From Eledone cirrhosa (Eukaryota), in contig OZ024741.1 in assembly GCA_964016885.1 (NCBI GenBank), positions 302,870,001 through 302,934,000 on the forward strand: a stretch of DNA of 64,000 bases. The letters run 5' to 3'. The number at the start of each line of letters is the position of its first letter. The stretch's first letter is position 1. A program made the position numbers and the translations under genes. Below the pieces are notes generated by a model. It had not been told where the DNA came from. It worked only from the letters and a program-made list of their open reading frames with translations, and made no database searches. Below, in pieces: positions 41,867 to 58,810 of the stretch.

Positions 41867-42345
41867 CATACACATACACGTGTCTGCATATGTTGTGCAT
41901 ATGTATCTGTGTAAGTATCCGTGTCTGTGGTTACGTTTGTGCCTGTGTCAGTGATTATGTCACTATTTATGTCAATATTGTCAGCATATAGCTGTTCGAC
42001 AAAATAGGTTCTATAAAATAAGTATGAAACTTGAAGGCGGTGCGCTTGCAAGGCTGCAGTTTAATGACTGACACCAGTAAGAGTATAAAATAATAAAATA
42101 TATACCAACATCTGATTTACGACATACCATCATCTTATATAAATTTGTAATTTATAAAACCACTAATATTTAAATTGTTTTAAATCACAGTTGGGTTCAC
42201 GAATTGTACAAAGAAATACACATGCACTGGTGCAGTAAAACAATTAAGATTTTTAGAATCTCAGTCATCTTACGACTTGACTAAAAAACGTGTGTAGAAC
42301 ATGCGAAACACACATTTGTGCCACAGGACTGTGGTTGAAAATATC

Positions 42346-42453
<108 letters not shown>

Positions 42454-42532
42454 TATTCCGGGTTGAATCGGAGGTAACCACAGTAAGTAAGGTACTCAAT
42501 ACATAGCAGAGTAAAAAAGTTTTAATATAGAT

Positions 42533-42585
42533 GAGATTCTACAGGACTAGAACTGTTTCATTCTTTAGAAATCATCAGGAATCTC
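42533..42585 (-). ncRNA. Complete type I hammerhead ribozyme in a mini fold-back of about 180 bp (42452-42632)
   Basis: GAGATTC-CTGATGA-tTTC(taaa)GAAt-GAAA-CAG(ttctagtc)CTG-TA^GAATCTC. Confidence 0.85.
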
Positions 42586-42643
42586 CTGATTCCTGATGAT
42601 TTCTAAACAGTTCTAGTCCTGTAGAATCTCATATATATATATT

Positions 42644-44622
42644 AGTGAAAAAGAACAAAGGAACTATTATGACATTATAACAAGTTTATTGCCGACAGCC
42701 GTTTCGTCCGACCACATGGTGGGACTTTTCAAGGCATATAACATGTGATTGTAAGATCATTATTTACATCAACGTATCACTTAAGGCTAGCAGTTTGAAA
42801 TTGTGGTATACATCAGCAACTCCGCTTGTATAGTTGGGGTCTATATTCTAAGGGGGCTCTTTTATATCAGTTGTCGGGGTCAGGGATTGAAGTTTAAAAA
42901 TTAGATAATATATAATTTACGCATTAACAGTAAACTAAAAGACTTGGGGTCCCGTAGAAGCACCTTAGAAAATCCCTCAATAAGTGCATAATGATTACAG
43001 GCTCCAATAAACCTACTAGACTAGAAGAAATTAAGAGGCTAATAAAATAAAAAATAAAAATATAAAGTTTTCCTAAAAAATATATAAAGTTTCCTATGAA
43101 ATTCCTTCTAGAGAAAAAATTTTTTTCCGATAGAAAAAAACCTTCTTCCCCCGAGATCACGTTTACAAATTTCAGAAAACTTACGAAGTTTTGATATTCC
43201 CTACTAAGTTGAAAGAAACTAATCAATTAAAGGTTAATTCAAAGAGCCTTCTATAATTCTCTCAGAAAAGGCCCCTTTAATATTTTTAATAGGAACTTCT
43301 TCCGAGAGACCCTTCGAAGAATTAAAATTTTAGAGAGCCTTTAAGGATATATATAAAAACGAATTGAGGAAAATTATACATTAAAAGTTAAAAATTACGG
43401 TATTTGGGATATCCGAGGAATTTTCAAAGGGCTGCTTCAACAGATACAACTTAGGCATAATAGATACAATAATTTAAGTAATTTAAGTAATTTAATTAGG
43501 GAGCAATTCAAGGAGTTTATCCGAGGAATTTTCAAAGGGCTGCTTCAACAGATACAACTTAGGCATAATAGATACAATAATTTAAGTAATTTAAGTAATT
43601 TAATTAGGGAGCAATTCAAGGAGTTTATCAAGTTGGGCAAGATTAAAGAAAGTGGTAAATAAGAAAATACATAAGTAAAAAGACAATAATTATAAAATGT
43701 ATTTTTAAGAAGGTATAAGGTAGCTTCAGTAATCTAACAATGTATTATCACAAAAAATTATTATAAAATTATTGATACAGGATTAACAAAGACATAATAA
43801 TATATATTCCTGCCTAATTAACAAGTAATCAAAACACTATTAACAGTCAGGCAGAATTAGCTCAGGGATATCCCGCGCTCGGATACTTTACACACACACA
43901 GCAACACATAGGATTAGCACAGACACAATGGTATATTCCTGCCTAATTAACAAACAATCGATTAACAATTGATGGTCAAGAAAATGTACTCAGGGATATC
44001 CCGCGCACGGATATTTACATACATACAACAGGATGAACAGTACTGGTGACCGTGTGGGCGCGATATCCATTATGCGTATGTAGTCATCTGCATAGCTCCA
44101 GGCACGATATCCATTATGCGTATGTAGTCATCTGCATAGCTCCAGGCACAGCTGGTCTTGTTTAAAAGTTCATGGATCACCTGGGATTCACTATCAGCTG
44201 CGTGGACTCTCTGGGAGATGTACCTGTGGATCTAATAGCCAGTGGTTGCTGGATGTGGTCCGTTCGATCTTTTAGTTTCAGGGGTTGTACGCTTTCGCGA
44301 TAGACCAGCCTGCCGGTTCTAAGTCCAAGGTCTCGCTACGTAGGATGTATTGGTCTACATGCTATATTGTTAAAAAAAACCAGTGTGGATTTGACTGGGG
44401 TGGTATATTACGAACTCCAAGCCCACACGCGACTGGTCAAAAGCGAAGGGCTGTCCCCTCTTTGTTTGCTGTATGGGTCGGTCCCAGCTTAGATGGTGGT
44501 CGTGTTATCCATATTCCGTCAGCCCTGTATATTCAAGACAGATCAGGGTATATATTTGCGGGTATGGTCCGGCGTCTACGTTATCCAGAGGGTCTCGTTT
44601 GTGGTATTTTCAAGTTCGCATG
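42644..44622 (-). mobile_element. About 2-kb apparently non-coding PLE-derived segment ending in a hammerhead; internal tandem duplications
   Basis: Bounded by short (TA)n tracts; duplications at about 43410-43628 (109 bp) and 44062-44148 (43 bp). Confidence 0.55.
42690..42736 (-). ncRNA. Minimal hammerhead with compensatory U3:A8 core
   Basis: TGCC-TTGAAAA-GTCC..GGAC-GAAA-CGGCTG-TC^GGCA. Confidence 0.75.
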
Positions 44623-44671
44623 TTATATATATATATACAGAAAATAAAATAACTCCTATGTATATATATAT

Positions 44672-44972
44672 AATTCGTCTTTGAATTTGTTTTGCGAGAT
44701 TTCTTATTTGAAAACGAGTGTTGAAACAGATATTGTTATACTTTGGGAGGGTCATGCTGCCAATAAAAACATACGCACCTGTTAGTTTTCACTTCAAGTT
44801 ATTATAAGTTTCCGGTTGGATGGTCGGTTGGTTCGATAACCGGAAGGTTGTTTGTGTATTGTTAAAGCTCTTTCGTCACACATTCTGTGCCCTCCTCAGT
44901 GACTAGGTTCTTATTTTTTGTGTCTCTCTTTTATTCTGTCTACACCCTCTTGTTTTTGTGTGTCGTGTGCTT
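44672..44972 (-). mobile_element. Diverged 3' end/pLTR of the 3205-7565 PLE family, with a hammerhead at 44860-44904
   Basis: tattgttatactttgggagggtcatg shared; CTGAGGA..GTGTGAC-GAAA-GAGC-TT. Confidence 0.8.
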
Positions 44973-45276
44973 AGAAACTAAGGCCCGAAACACTCGCATG
45001 AGGGGTTTTCTTCTCTGAAGACCTTTTGCTATCCAGCTCTTCTGAGAGTTTCTTACCACCCATGTTTATATATCTGAAACGTTGAAATCCAAACACAGAA
45101 TCGCAATTAAGGATAATAACGTTAGAAAATCAGGTAAAATACACTTAAGGACAAAAAAAAAAGTGGTAGCAGCCCACTACATAATATATGATACACACAC
45201 AAACACACACGCACACACATTCACACTCTCACTCACACACATATACACAAATAACCCCACTCTTACACAAACATGT

Positions 45277-45385
45277 GGAGACGCGTGGCCTAGTCGTAAG
45301 CGTGTTGGACTTGCGATCATAATGTAGTGGGTTCGATTCCCGGGCTGGGTTGTGTATTGTGTACTTGAGCAGAACACTACATATT
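45277..45385 (+). mobile_element. tRNA-derived SINE head (second family)
   Basis: TGGCCTAGTCG A-box and GGTTCGATTCC B-box, followed by ttgtgtacttgagcagaacact. Confidence 0.65.
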
Positions 45386-46239
45386 GCATATTTACACCAT
45401 CACTCATCACATAGACACACGAAAACCTTCGCATATATAATATACACATATGTACAATCACGCATACGGATAAATAAACATCCTAACATACACCCACTCA
45501 CACACATACACATATTACACATTTACACAAATAAGCCTCCTCTTACAAAAATATAGTCAAAACACACGAACACGCACACACACACAAACACAAGCGTATA
45601 TACGCACTTCCACACACACATACATACACATACACACACATGATCACATAATCACGTGTCTGTGCGTTAGATTTCCGTCGATTCCGATGACTACTGTTCC
45701 ATTTGTTTAAATAACAGAACAGCATGCTAGTGAAATTACCCATGACGTAATTCTCAGGGAGATTCAGTATGAAGCTATATTGTGACAAGATTAACCGTTC
45801 AAATTACACGTACGACTCATTTTGTCATCTGAATGGTCAAAAGCAACGTGAAATAAAGTGTCTTGCTCAAGGAAGGAAACGCTCCACCACTGGTCCGGGA
45901 TTCGAACTCATGACGTGTTACGATCGTGAACGCAGCCCCTTAACCACTGACACATATATCAACATACATTCTATAATATAAATACATAAAGCTGTCTGTG
46001 TATGGAAGACGTTAAAAACTGAAGCTGGGAGTTTCCGCTCCTCAGGAATGAATATTACATGTTGAAGTTCTGGAGTTCCCCACATCAATTGTTTGTTCAA
46101 GGGTAAGCGATGGGTCGGTCTCCCTTCTTAAAATAACAATATTGGTTTCGTTGTCTCAGCGATTACCACGGTCAGGGGTTAAGGTTGATACTGTAACGAA
46201 AGTTGGAATGGGGTGATTAGAGTATCGGATTTATGCTTG

Positions 46240-47700
<1,461 letters not shown>

Positions 47701-47852
47701 GAGAAGCAACTCTGGCTCATCAATGTTATCCGGGCTTTACATAATTCAGTAAACGTATAATTTAGATTATCATATTCTACACAACATGAGATATACAGGA
47801 ACTACAGCACATAACTGCAGTCTACTGCCAGCTCACAATTAGTTCCCTCATG

Positions 47853-48107
47853 CAGCGGCGTGCAGAGCTCTGGTGATGCTCGGGGTAAATCTTGATTGTA
47901 TGCCCCAAAGACTCAAGTATAAGGCCTAATATATTGAGATATATTATGAGAAAGCAAAACATCTTGAATATATACACACAGATGAAACATGAAATAAACG
48001 CTTTATTCGATTTTGGTATAAATCAATCAAATTTATTAAGTTCCCTTCCCCAAATGACGCCCCCACCCAAAGGATGCACCGTCGGCTCCTCTCTCTGCAC
48101 ACTACTG
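47853..48107. mobile_element. hAT-type MITE
   Basis: TIRs CAGCGGCGTGCAGAG / CTCTGCACACTACTG; 8-bp TSD CCCTCATG/CCCTCATT. Confidence 0.75.
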
Positions 48108-48127
48108 CCCTCATTACCTTTTTAAAG

Positions 48128-48342
48128 GGCGGTGTATTGGCAGTATTGGTAGAGGGTTGGACGCCATTCTTTGCAGCATAGAGTTACGGCCCTTTATGAT
48201 CTGAGTTCAAATCCTGCCGAGGTTAACTTTGCCTTTCATCCTTACGGGGTCGATAAAATAAAGTACCAGTCACGAAGTGGGGTCGATTTATTCGACTTTC
48301 CCCTCTCCCAAATTACTGGCCTTGTGCCTATACTAGAAATCA
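48128..48342 (+). mobile_element. Full-length SINE (OK-like)
   Basis: Matches the window consensus. Confidence 0.85.
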
Positions 48343-48589
48343 TTACCTTTTTAAATAGGCGTATTTTATAATGCCAATTTCATTTTCAGGAATGTTATTA
48401 TTGCACACGTGGGTTCGTTAATCGTTTCATTCTGATATACTTTTGATTCGTATTTTTAATTATGTTAAATGTGAACTCGGAATTTTTCATCAAGCCTTCT
48501 AATTTGTTTATAATTAAAAATATAAATCAGGATAATGTCGTAGATTTTCTACAGTAACCTAATGTCATTTTAACAACTAGGAATTAACA

Positions 48590-49022
48590 ACTAGGAATGC
48601 TGCAATAAATCGCCAGCTTCGGCATTCGGTAATCAGAAAAAGGGAGGTAGGTGTAAAAGCTAAACTCACTATCTTCAATTCGGTATTCATGCCAACCCTT
48701 ACCTATGGTCATGAATTTTGGGTAATGATTAAAAGAATGCGATCACGAATATAATTGGGCGAAATGGGGTTCCTCCGAAGGGTCTTTGGAGTAACGTTAC
48801 TCGATAAAGTGCGTAGCTAGGAGAACAGAAAGTCACTCCAGTAGAGCCACTACTTTTCCGAATTGAGGGATCATAGCTCCGATACTAAGGACATATGGTT
48901 AGAATGTTCCAGGAAAGAATCGCTAGAGAGATTTTACGAGCAAAACCAACCGGCAGAAGACCCAGGGGTAGATCCCGAGCAAGATGGTTGAATATTATTC
49001 ATGAGCTCGGCTGATCTCGCTT
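48590..49022 (+). mobile_element. RTE (Expander/Rex3-like) RT C-terminal fragment, degenerate
   Basis: AKLTIFNSVFMPTLTYGHEFWVM..RMRSRI..EMGFLRR...GHMVRM...GRRPRGRSRARW, with stops. Confidence 0.85.
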
Positions 49023-49265
49023 AAATAAATCATAATCTACAAATTCGAAAATATATCGTCGTAAAATATGATTTTTTTGTTGGGGAGGGCGGTTCACTGT
49101 AGTAATGCTGTCTATAGTTTATTACTTGACCACCCGTGACCCGTTGGGTCACGTTCACTTAAAAACATTGTTTAAAAATCATGTTCACTTAAAAATAATT
49201 TTTAAATAATTAAAATATACACAGATATATATAATGTAAATTGAAATTGGAAGCCCATAAACATA

Positions 49266-49375
<110 letters not shown>

Positions 49376-49532
49376 CGTCCTAACACTACTGGGTTAGTTC
49401 AGATCTAGCTGTCGAAATGGCCGGAGCTCAGCCGTCGGTGTCCTGAATCTTTTCCTATATATATATATATGTCTCTGATATATATACACTGGTCACAGAC
49501 ACACGCACAAATATATATATTAATATATACAT

Positions 49533-49660
<128 letters not shown>

Positions 49661-49934
49661 CAAGAAAGAAGAGTGACATGGTTCTCTATACAATAAGGGT
49701 TTTATTCACATTGTTGACAATTGTTTCTTTGATCTGGTAGGTCTAGAGTTCGCTATTCGCCTGATTATGCGCCAATCGATCTCCAATACTTTGTTTATAA
49801 CCAGTCGTTTTCATCAGAGCAGGCGAAGTGAAGAAGATACACAAGGCATGGTTTTTATATAGGTGTGGTATTAGACCAGAACAATAATATCAATGATAAA
49901 ATAAAATAACTAGATACCAAATAGTTAAAATAAT

Positions 49935-50112
49935 TGTTTCTACTTTAGGCACAAGGCCAGCATATACCCAGTGCATTACTGGTACTTTATTTTATCGACC
50001 CCGTAAGGATGAAAGGCAAAGTCAACCTCGGCGGGATTTGAACTCAGATCGTAAAGGGACGTAACTATGCTGGAAAGCATGGCGTCCGACCCTCTACCGA
50101 TACTGCCAATCC
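49935..50112 (-). mobile_element. SINE with 8-bp TSD AAAATAAT
   Basis: The empty site is visible in the other arm (about 50525-50545). Confidence 0.9.
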
Positions 50113-50644
50113 AAAATAATAACATCAATATAAGTAGAGATAGAGTGATGCTGTGAAAACTAAACCCCCACGATTCCAACTAACAATCCCTACCTTTAGT
50201 ATAGGCCACTTAAATAACGAATCTACAACTCCATTTTACACCACATAAAAACTATCATCATCACTAAATTAATCAAACGAAAATGTTTATCTGTCAAATA
50301 ATAAGTAAATCTCAGGTGTATTGCCAGAATACCTACAGCATAGTGGATACCTCATAAATTCTATCTCCAAGTACATTTTAGTGGTTACTGTTATCTAGTC
50401 GCCACCCCATCACTATATCTAATGTACACTATAGCAGTTTTCACACGTCAATTCCATACATCTGTATCATATCAGTTTGTTTAACATGCTAGATTCTTCA
50501 TTATACTCTATCTCTTACTTATATTGATGTTATTATTTTAACTATTTGCTATCTAGTTATTTTATTTTATCATTGATATTATTGTTCTGGTCTAATACCA
50601 CACCTATATAAAAACCATGCCTTGTGTATCTTCTTCACTTCGCC

Positions 50645-50754
50645 TGCTCTGATGAAAACGACTGGTTATAAACAAAGTATTGGAGATCGATTGGCGCATA
50701 ATCAGGCGTATAGCGAACTCTAGACCTACCAGATCAAAGAAACAATTGTCAGCA
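50645..50754 (+). ncRNA. Hammerhead-like motif with a long stem II insert (inverted copy at 49712-49821)
   Basis: TGCT-CTGATGA-[83 nt]-GAAA-CAATTG-TC^AGCA. Confidence 0.6.
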
Positions 50755-51487
50755 ATGTGAATAAAGCCCTTATTGTATAGCGAACCATGTCACTCTTCTT
50801 TCTTGATTTATTATTACTCCAAGTATAAACTACATAGAAATCACCGCGAACTCGCAGCATCACTATGGAAACGTCTTGTTGAGTCAAACTAAGCCACACG
50901 TTAATACTATCCACTACACGAACTACTCCAACTGGACTACATCTAAGTGGACTGCCTATAACGATAACCTGTTATCCCGTATATATATATAGAGAGAATG
51001 TATTTACTAAATGTTTTCAAAGTTATTTCAATATTTTGTTTCCCTTTCGTTATTTCAGTTTTTTATAGAATTTGATCTTAAGAAAGGACACTTTGGTCAG
51101 TGTAGACCCATATACTAAATTGTTGGAAGGGAGCGATTGTCTCTATTCCTTGGTGTGGGTATATCTTAGCTACGTCTCTCTGACAAAATGACGAAGGCAT
51201 TGCCTCAAAGAACGGCTATCAACATCCACTGCAATAGCTTCTCCACCCCACAGGGATACTGCCTCAGATGTAATACTCTCCTCCCAAATTTGCAGAGAAA
51301 AATGGCAATTTGGAGGCCAAGGAAAACAAAGGTCTCTCCAATGCCGACACGAAAACGAAGCGGTCGGCCAAGTCTCTGCGCTGCAGATGGCAGTGTCCGA
51401 GTTTGTGGCCGAAGCGACAAATTCTCTTTGCTATACGGGAATACTATTTCCTATCTTTTATTTTTTGAAATGTTAATTACTATAATA

Positions 51488-51875
51488 ATTGTTTCTATTT
51501 TTGGCACAAGGCCAGCAATTATCCCAGTGAATTACTGGTAGTTTATTTTATCGACCCCGTAAGGATGAAAGGCAAAGTTAACTTTGGCGAGATTTGAACC
51601 CAGAACTTAAAGGGACGTAACTCTATGCTGGAAAGCATGGCGTCCGACCCTCTACCGATACTGCCAATCCACCTAAACCATACTATGATAATTGTTTCTA
51701 CTTTTGACACAAGGCCAGCAATTATCCCAGTGCATTACTGGTACTTTATTTTATCGACCCCGTAAGGATGAAAGGCAAAGTTAACCTCGGCGGTATTTGA
51801 ACTCAGAACTTAAAGAGCCATAACTCTATGCTGCAAAGCATGGTGTCTGGCACTCTACTGATACTGCCAATCCGC
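51488..51875 (-). mobile_element. Two tandem SINE copies
   Basis: Match the window consensus. Confidence 0.85.
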
Positions 51876-52717
51876 GTAAGGCAGATTAGTGGACAAAAGT
51901 GACAAAGAAGTGAACCTAAGAGACAGGACGTAGTAGAGGTGACCACAATAAATGAGAGCCGCAAAGAGTTAGCAATTGATTTTGAGAAAAGATGGGGATT
52001 AAAATAACAACAAAAGCGACATTTTTTTTATTAACTCTTAACACCCTTTACAAATTTAGTAGAGAATAGTTGAAATCATCTTTGTTAATTCATAAGTTTA
52101 TAGTATCTTTCTTTACTAGTGGACAGACTATTTTGAACATTTATAGTATTAAGGCCAGCAACTATCACAGTGCATTACTGGTACTTTATTTTATCGACCC
52201 CGTAAGGATGAATATATTCTTTTTATCCCGTTAGTAAAATAAGTTAGATTACTTTGAATAAATAATGAATGAATATTACATCATTTATCTACTAAATTTC
52301 GTAGCTGTTGATTAAACATAAATATTCTTATATATAATGATTGCTTATTTTAAGATTCACTTCTTTTAACATTTTCAAATGTCTACACTTCCGGTTAGCG
52401 TCCGTTATATCATAACACTTATTACATTGCTTATGTAAACATCCATATATTTGCATCGTTATATAAGGTTTCATTACATTTCACCGTAATGTAGTTTATA
52501 TATAATATCGTCTTTTTTAAATGTATCCTGGATTACTTTACTGATTACAGAAAAGAGTGTAACACAGTCTCTCTTCAATTTCTGTGCATATTGTCGATTA
52601 CGATTTTATTTGACATATCATAACTACATGCATGTATATTTGCATATAATATCAATATGCACACTACACATGCTCGCAGAAAACCACCCGAAGAGTGGTT
52701 TTTCTGCTAGTTAAATT

Positions 52718-53212
52718 AATTGTTTCTTCTTTTGGCACAAGGCCAGCAATTATCCCAGTGTATTACTGGTACTTTATTTTATCGACCCCGTAAGAATAAA
52801 AGGCAAAGTTAACCGCGGCGAGATTTGAACTCAGACGATAAACGTAACTCTTTGCTGCAAAGCATGGCAACAGACCCTCGACCGATACTGCCAATCCACC
52901 ACCCTTTCATGTGGTACAGGATGTTAAGAGTTAAAATACATTTGAATCGGGATTTGAACATTTTTGATTGATAGAAAAGGTTGGTGAAGGTTTTAGTTAT
53001 ATATATAGATACACTTCCTTTAAGAATCGGTAAAGCGCCGGACACCATGTTACGGCTCTTTACGTCTGAGTTCCAATCCTGCCAAAGTTAGCTTTGACTT
53101 TCATCCTTACGGGGTCGATAAAATAAAGGACCAGTAAGTCCTGGAGTCGATTTAATCAAATTTCCCCTCCCCTTCAAATTGCTGTCCTTGTGCCTAAAGC
53201 AGAAACAATTAT
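52718..53212. mobile_element. Two SINE copies in opposite orientation (52718-52900 minus, about 53025-53212 plus)
   Basis: Match the window consensus. Confidence 0.75.
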
Positions 53213-53393
53213 ATATATGCTATGTAGTCTTTACACAGGATTCACAGTCGCTAAACATATTAGTGTTGATATGTACCCACAAATCGGCCACGATCGAGAA
53301 TATTATGATCAAAAGACTTTCAACCATGACCATCCCGACTTTTTAAGTCATAACGTACTATAATGAATGACGGTGGTGATAAAAGTGTTAGAA

Positions 53394-53492
53394 TGGTGGT
53401 GGTGGTGGTGGTGATGAGGATGAGGATAATGAGAATGATGATGATGATATTGATGATGATCATAAAGATGATGGTGTTCATGATCATGAAGT

Positions 53493-53534
<42 letters not shown>

Positions 53535-53603
53535 GGATGATGAGGATGATGAGGATGAATATGATGATGAGGATGATGAGCATCAACACGAAGTTGATGA
53601 TAT

Positions 53604-53634
<31 letters not shown>

Positions 53635-53635
53635 A

Positions 53636-53667
<32 letters not shown>

Positions 53668-53741
53668 AATTATGATGATGATGATGAAGTTGATGGGGAT
53701 ATTGATGAAGATGATGATATTGATCATGATGATGATGATGT

Positions 53742-53776
<35 letters not shown>

Positions 53777-53777
53777 G
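53394..53777. repeat. Imperfect (GAT)n tract
   Basis: Direct reading. Confidence 0.95.
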
Positions 53778-54356
53778 CGAAGATAACTATTCAAATGGTG
53801 TAAAGGATCTCGACAATGGCAGCTCTTGGTGGAGGAAGTTTACTTTGTGTTAATGATGGTGATGGTGATGGTGGAATGCAGAATTCGAATATGTCTCTTC
53901 CTTCGTGACAACGATGATGATGATGATGATGTCTAAATTTAATGACACTATTTAAAAGTCAACAGCCAAGGCGTAAAAAAATATAAGAATATGAATCAAT
54001 AAATAAACATGCAAAAATATATAACAAACTAAAACGAAAAACTACAACAAATGTAAACAAAAACAACAACAAATATATCAAAACCAACAACAAAACAGCA
54101 AATAATGTAAACAAAAATAACAAGTAAACAACAACAAAAAACAAAGCCAATGAAAACAAATTATTTATTTATTTATTATCTATTAATTTATTTACTCCCC
54201 CTACTGATACCTTACTCTCTCTTTCTCTTTTTATAATGAATATATTCTGTGTAATTAAAACTAATTAGTGTTGGAAATTACTGAAACTCTATCAAGTTAG
54301 GCTGCTGCTGAGATTTTTGTGACTGCATGTTAAATGAAGTGGCGTTTTAGTATCTC

Positions 54357-56042
<1,686 letters not shown>

Positions 56043-56210
56043 GTTTTAACTTCAATAACTATGCTTGTAAATAACATTATTTTTTCTTCCACATTGACTT
56101 TTTATGCTCTACATTATGCACGTTTTTTTTTCTTTTCACTTCATAAACCTTGTTTGTAAATAACATTATTCTGTTTAACATGTGCAACACCACACTAATA
56201 CATTTTACTA

Positions 56211-56250
56211 TCATTTGATAATGCATAAAAATGCTGAAACCGGTAATAGA
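56211..56250 (+). ncRNA. Minimal hammerhead with U3:A8 core
   Basis: TCAT-TTGATAA-tGCAT/ATGCt-GAAA-CCGG-TA^ATAGA. Confidence 0.6.
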
Positions 56251-56424
56251 CAATAATTAAATATATAAATAGATAAATAAATGACATTGTTAAATAATAA
56301 ATAAATCAACTAATACCTTAACACTTCACACAAAGTAAAACATTTCGTTTTAATCATTTTCTAACGAAAAAGGAAAAAAATATATTTTTATTCCTAATAA
56401 TCGTCTCTTTCTCCTTGTTTTCAT

Positions 56425-56456
<32 letters not shown>

Positions 56457-56570
56457 ATATATATATATATGTATATATATATATGTAAGTATGTATGTAC
56501 ATTTAAGTAAGTGCCGTACTAAGAGTGTGAAATGAAATTTCGTTTCATTCTATTCCATATATATATACAC

Positions 56571-56648
<78 letters not shown>

Positions 56649-56836
56649 TCATATACATATATATAAATATATATATAGAAGCTTTCACCGTATTTTTTTA
56701 CTAAAGAAATTTTAGCCTGATAGTAGGGTTTAGAACCCTCAGAGAAATGGAAAAAGATGAGTATTGACGTACATGGGAGTCGAACCCACATCTTTGGTTA
56801 TCCATACCACTGTGTTACCATTTGCTACTTACTTGT

Positions 56837-56870
<34 letters not shown>

Positions 56871-56904
56871 TTGACCTTAATTTATATATTTATGTGTGTG
56901 TATA

Positions 56905-56948
<44 letters not shown>

Positions 56949-56983
56949 TGTGTGTGATTATATATATATGTATATAACAATAT

Positions 56984-57069
<86 letters not shown>

Positions 57070-57313
57070 TTATACACATACATATATACATTCTTACAGG
57101 CATACATATACATATACACTTACATATATCTTTATGTGTGTATGTATATATGTGTATATATGTGTTTGTGTGGTTTCTATATACGTTAGATTTCAAGTTC
57201 ATTAACTTTTTTATATTATGTTAGTTATTTTATCTTTTTGTTTTCCCCCTCTAGTATTTCTCAGGTTTTTTTTAATTTTCTCAAGCCCCCTCAAACTTCA
57301 CCCCTCCTCTTCC

Positions 57314-57363
<50 letters not shown>

Positions 57364-57491
57364 CTTCTTCTTCTTCTTCTTCTTCTTCTTCTTCTTCTTC
57401 TTCTTCTTCTTCTTCTTCTTCTTCTTCTTCTTCTTCTTCTTCTTCTTCTTCTTCTTCTTCTTCTTCTTCTTCTTCTTCTTCTTCTTCTTCT
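57314..57491. repeat. (TTG)n(TTC)n microsatellite
   Basis: Direct reading. Confidence 0.97.
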
Positions 57492-57576
57492 TTACCTACA
57501 TTTTTACAGGTTTCTTCACAATTCTGTAAACAACTGTGTAGCCTACTAACTCAGCCTGTCGCCTCGCCTCGCCATC

Positions 57577-58810
57577 GGTCTTGTGGACCAGCCATAGAGT
57601 CTGGTCTTGAGGACCAGACATATAGTCTGGTCTTGAGGACCAGCCATAGAGTCTGGTCTTGAGGACCAGCCATATAGTATGGAATTGAGGACCAGACATA
57701 TAGTCTGGTCTTGAGAACCAGCCATATAGTCTAGTCTTGAGAACCAGCTATATAGTCTAGTCTTGAGAACCAGCCACATAGTCTAGTCTTGAGAACCAGC
57801 TATGTAGTCTGGAATTGAGTACGAGCCATAGAGTCTAGTCTTGAGGACCAGATATATAGTCTGGTCTTGAAGACCAGATATATAGTCTGGAATAGAGGAC
57901 CAGAATATTGTCTAGTCTCGAGGACCAGACATATAGTCTGGAATTGAGGACCAGACATATAGTCTGGTCTCGAGGACCAGCCATATAGTCTGGAATTGAG
58001 GACCAGACATATAGTCTGGTCTTGAGAACCAGATATATAGTCTAGTCTTGAGGACCAGATATATAGTCTAGTCTTGAGAACCAGATATAGTCTAGTCTTG
58101 AGGACCAGATATTGTCTAGTCTTGAGGACCAGACATATAGTCTAGTTTTGAGGACCAGATATAGTCTAGTCTTGAGGATCAGACATATTTCTAGTTTTGA
58201 GGACCAGACATATAGTCTAGTCTTGAGGACCAGACATATTGTCTAGTTTTGAGGACCAGACATATAGTCTAGTCTTGAGGACCAGATATATAGTCTAGTC
58301 TTGAAGACCAGACATATTGTCTAGTTTTGAGGACCAGACATATAGTCTAGTCTTGAAGACCAGACATATTGTCTAGTTTTGAGGACCAGACATATAGTCT
58401 AGTCTTGAGGACCAGATATATAGTCTAGTCTTGAAGACCAGACATATTGTCTAGTTTTGAGGACCAGAAATATAGTCTAGTCTTGAGGACCAGACATATT
58501 GTCTAGTCTTGAGGACCAGAATATTGTCTAGTCTTGAGGACCAGACATATAGTCTGGTCTTGAGGACCAGATATAGTATAGTCTTGAGGATCAGACATAT
58601 AGTCTGGTCTTGAGGACCAGATATAGTATAGTCTTGAGGACCAGACATATAGTCTGGTCTTGAGAACCAGACATATAGTCTGGTCTTGAGGACCAGATAT
58701 AGAGTCTGGTCTTGAGGACCAGACATATAGTCTAGTCTTGAAGACCAGGTATATAGTCTGGTCTTGAGGACCAGCCATATAGTCTAGTCTTGAGGACCAG
58801 ACATATAGTC
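57577..58810. repeat. About 26-bp minisatellite with an internal palindrome (GACCAGAC-ATATA-GTCTGGTC-TTGAG)n
   Basis: About 48 units of 24-27 bp, with no spacers. Confidence 0.95.

Noticed and set aside
45005-45090. CTGAAGA...GAAACGTT hammerhead candidate
   Set aside because: Stem II and the stem I register do not pair convincingly.
45277-45352. tRNA gene
   Set aside because: Has A/B boxes but no proper cloverleaf, and continues into a SINE body.
49125-49160. Helitron-like terminus with a GTGACCC/GGGTCAC hairpin
   Set aside because: No matching other end identified.
53320-53803. His-rich and Met-rich ORFs
   Set aside because: A (GAT)n microsatellite.
57577-58810. CRISPR-like palindromic repeat array
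   Set aside because: No unique spacers, no cas genes, eukaryotic context.
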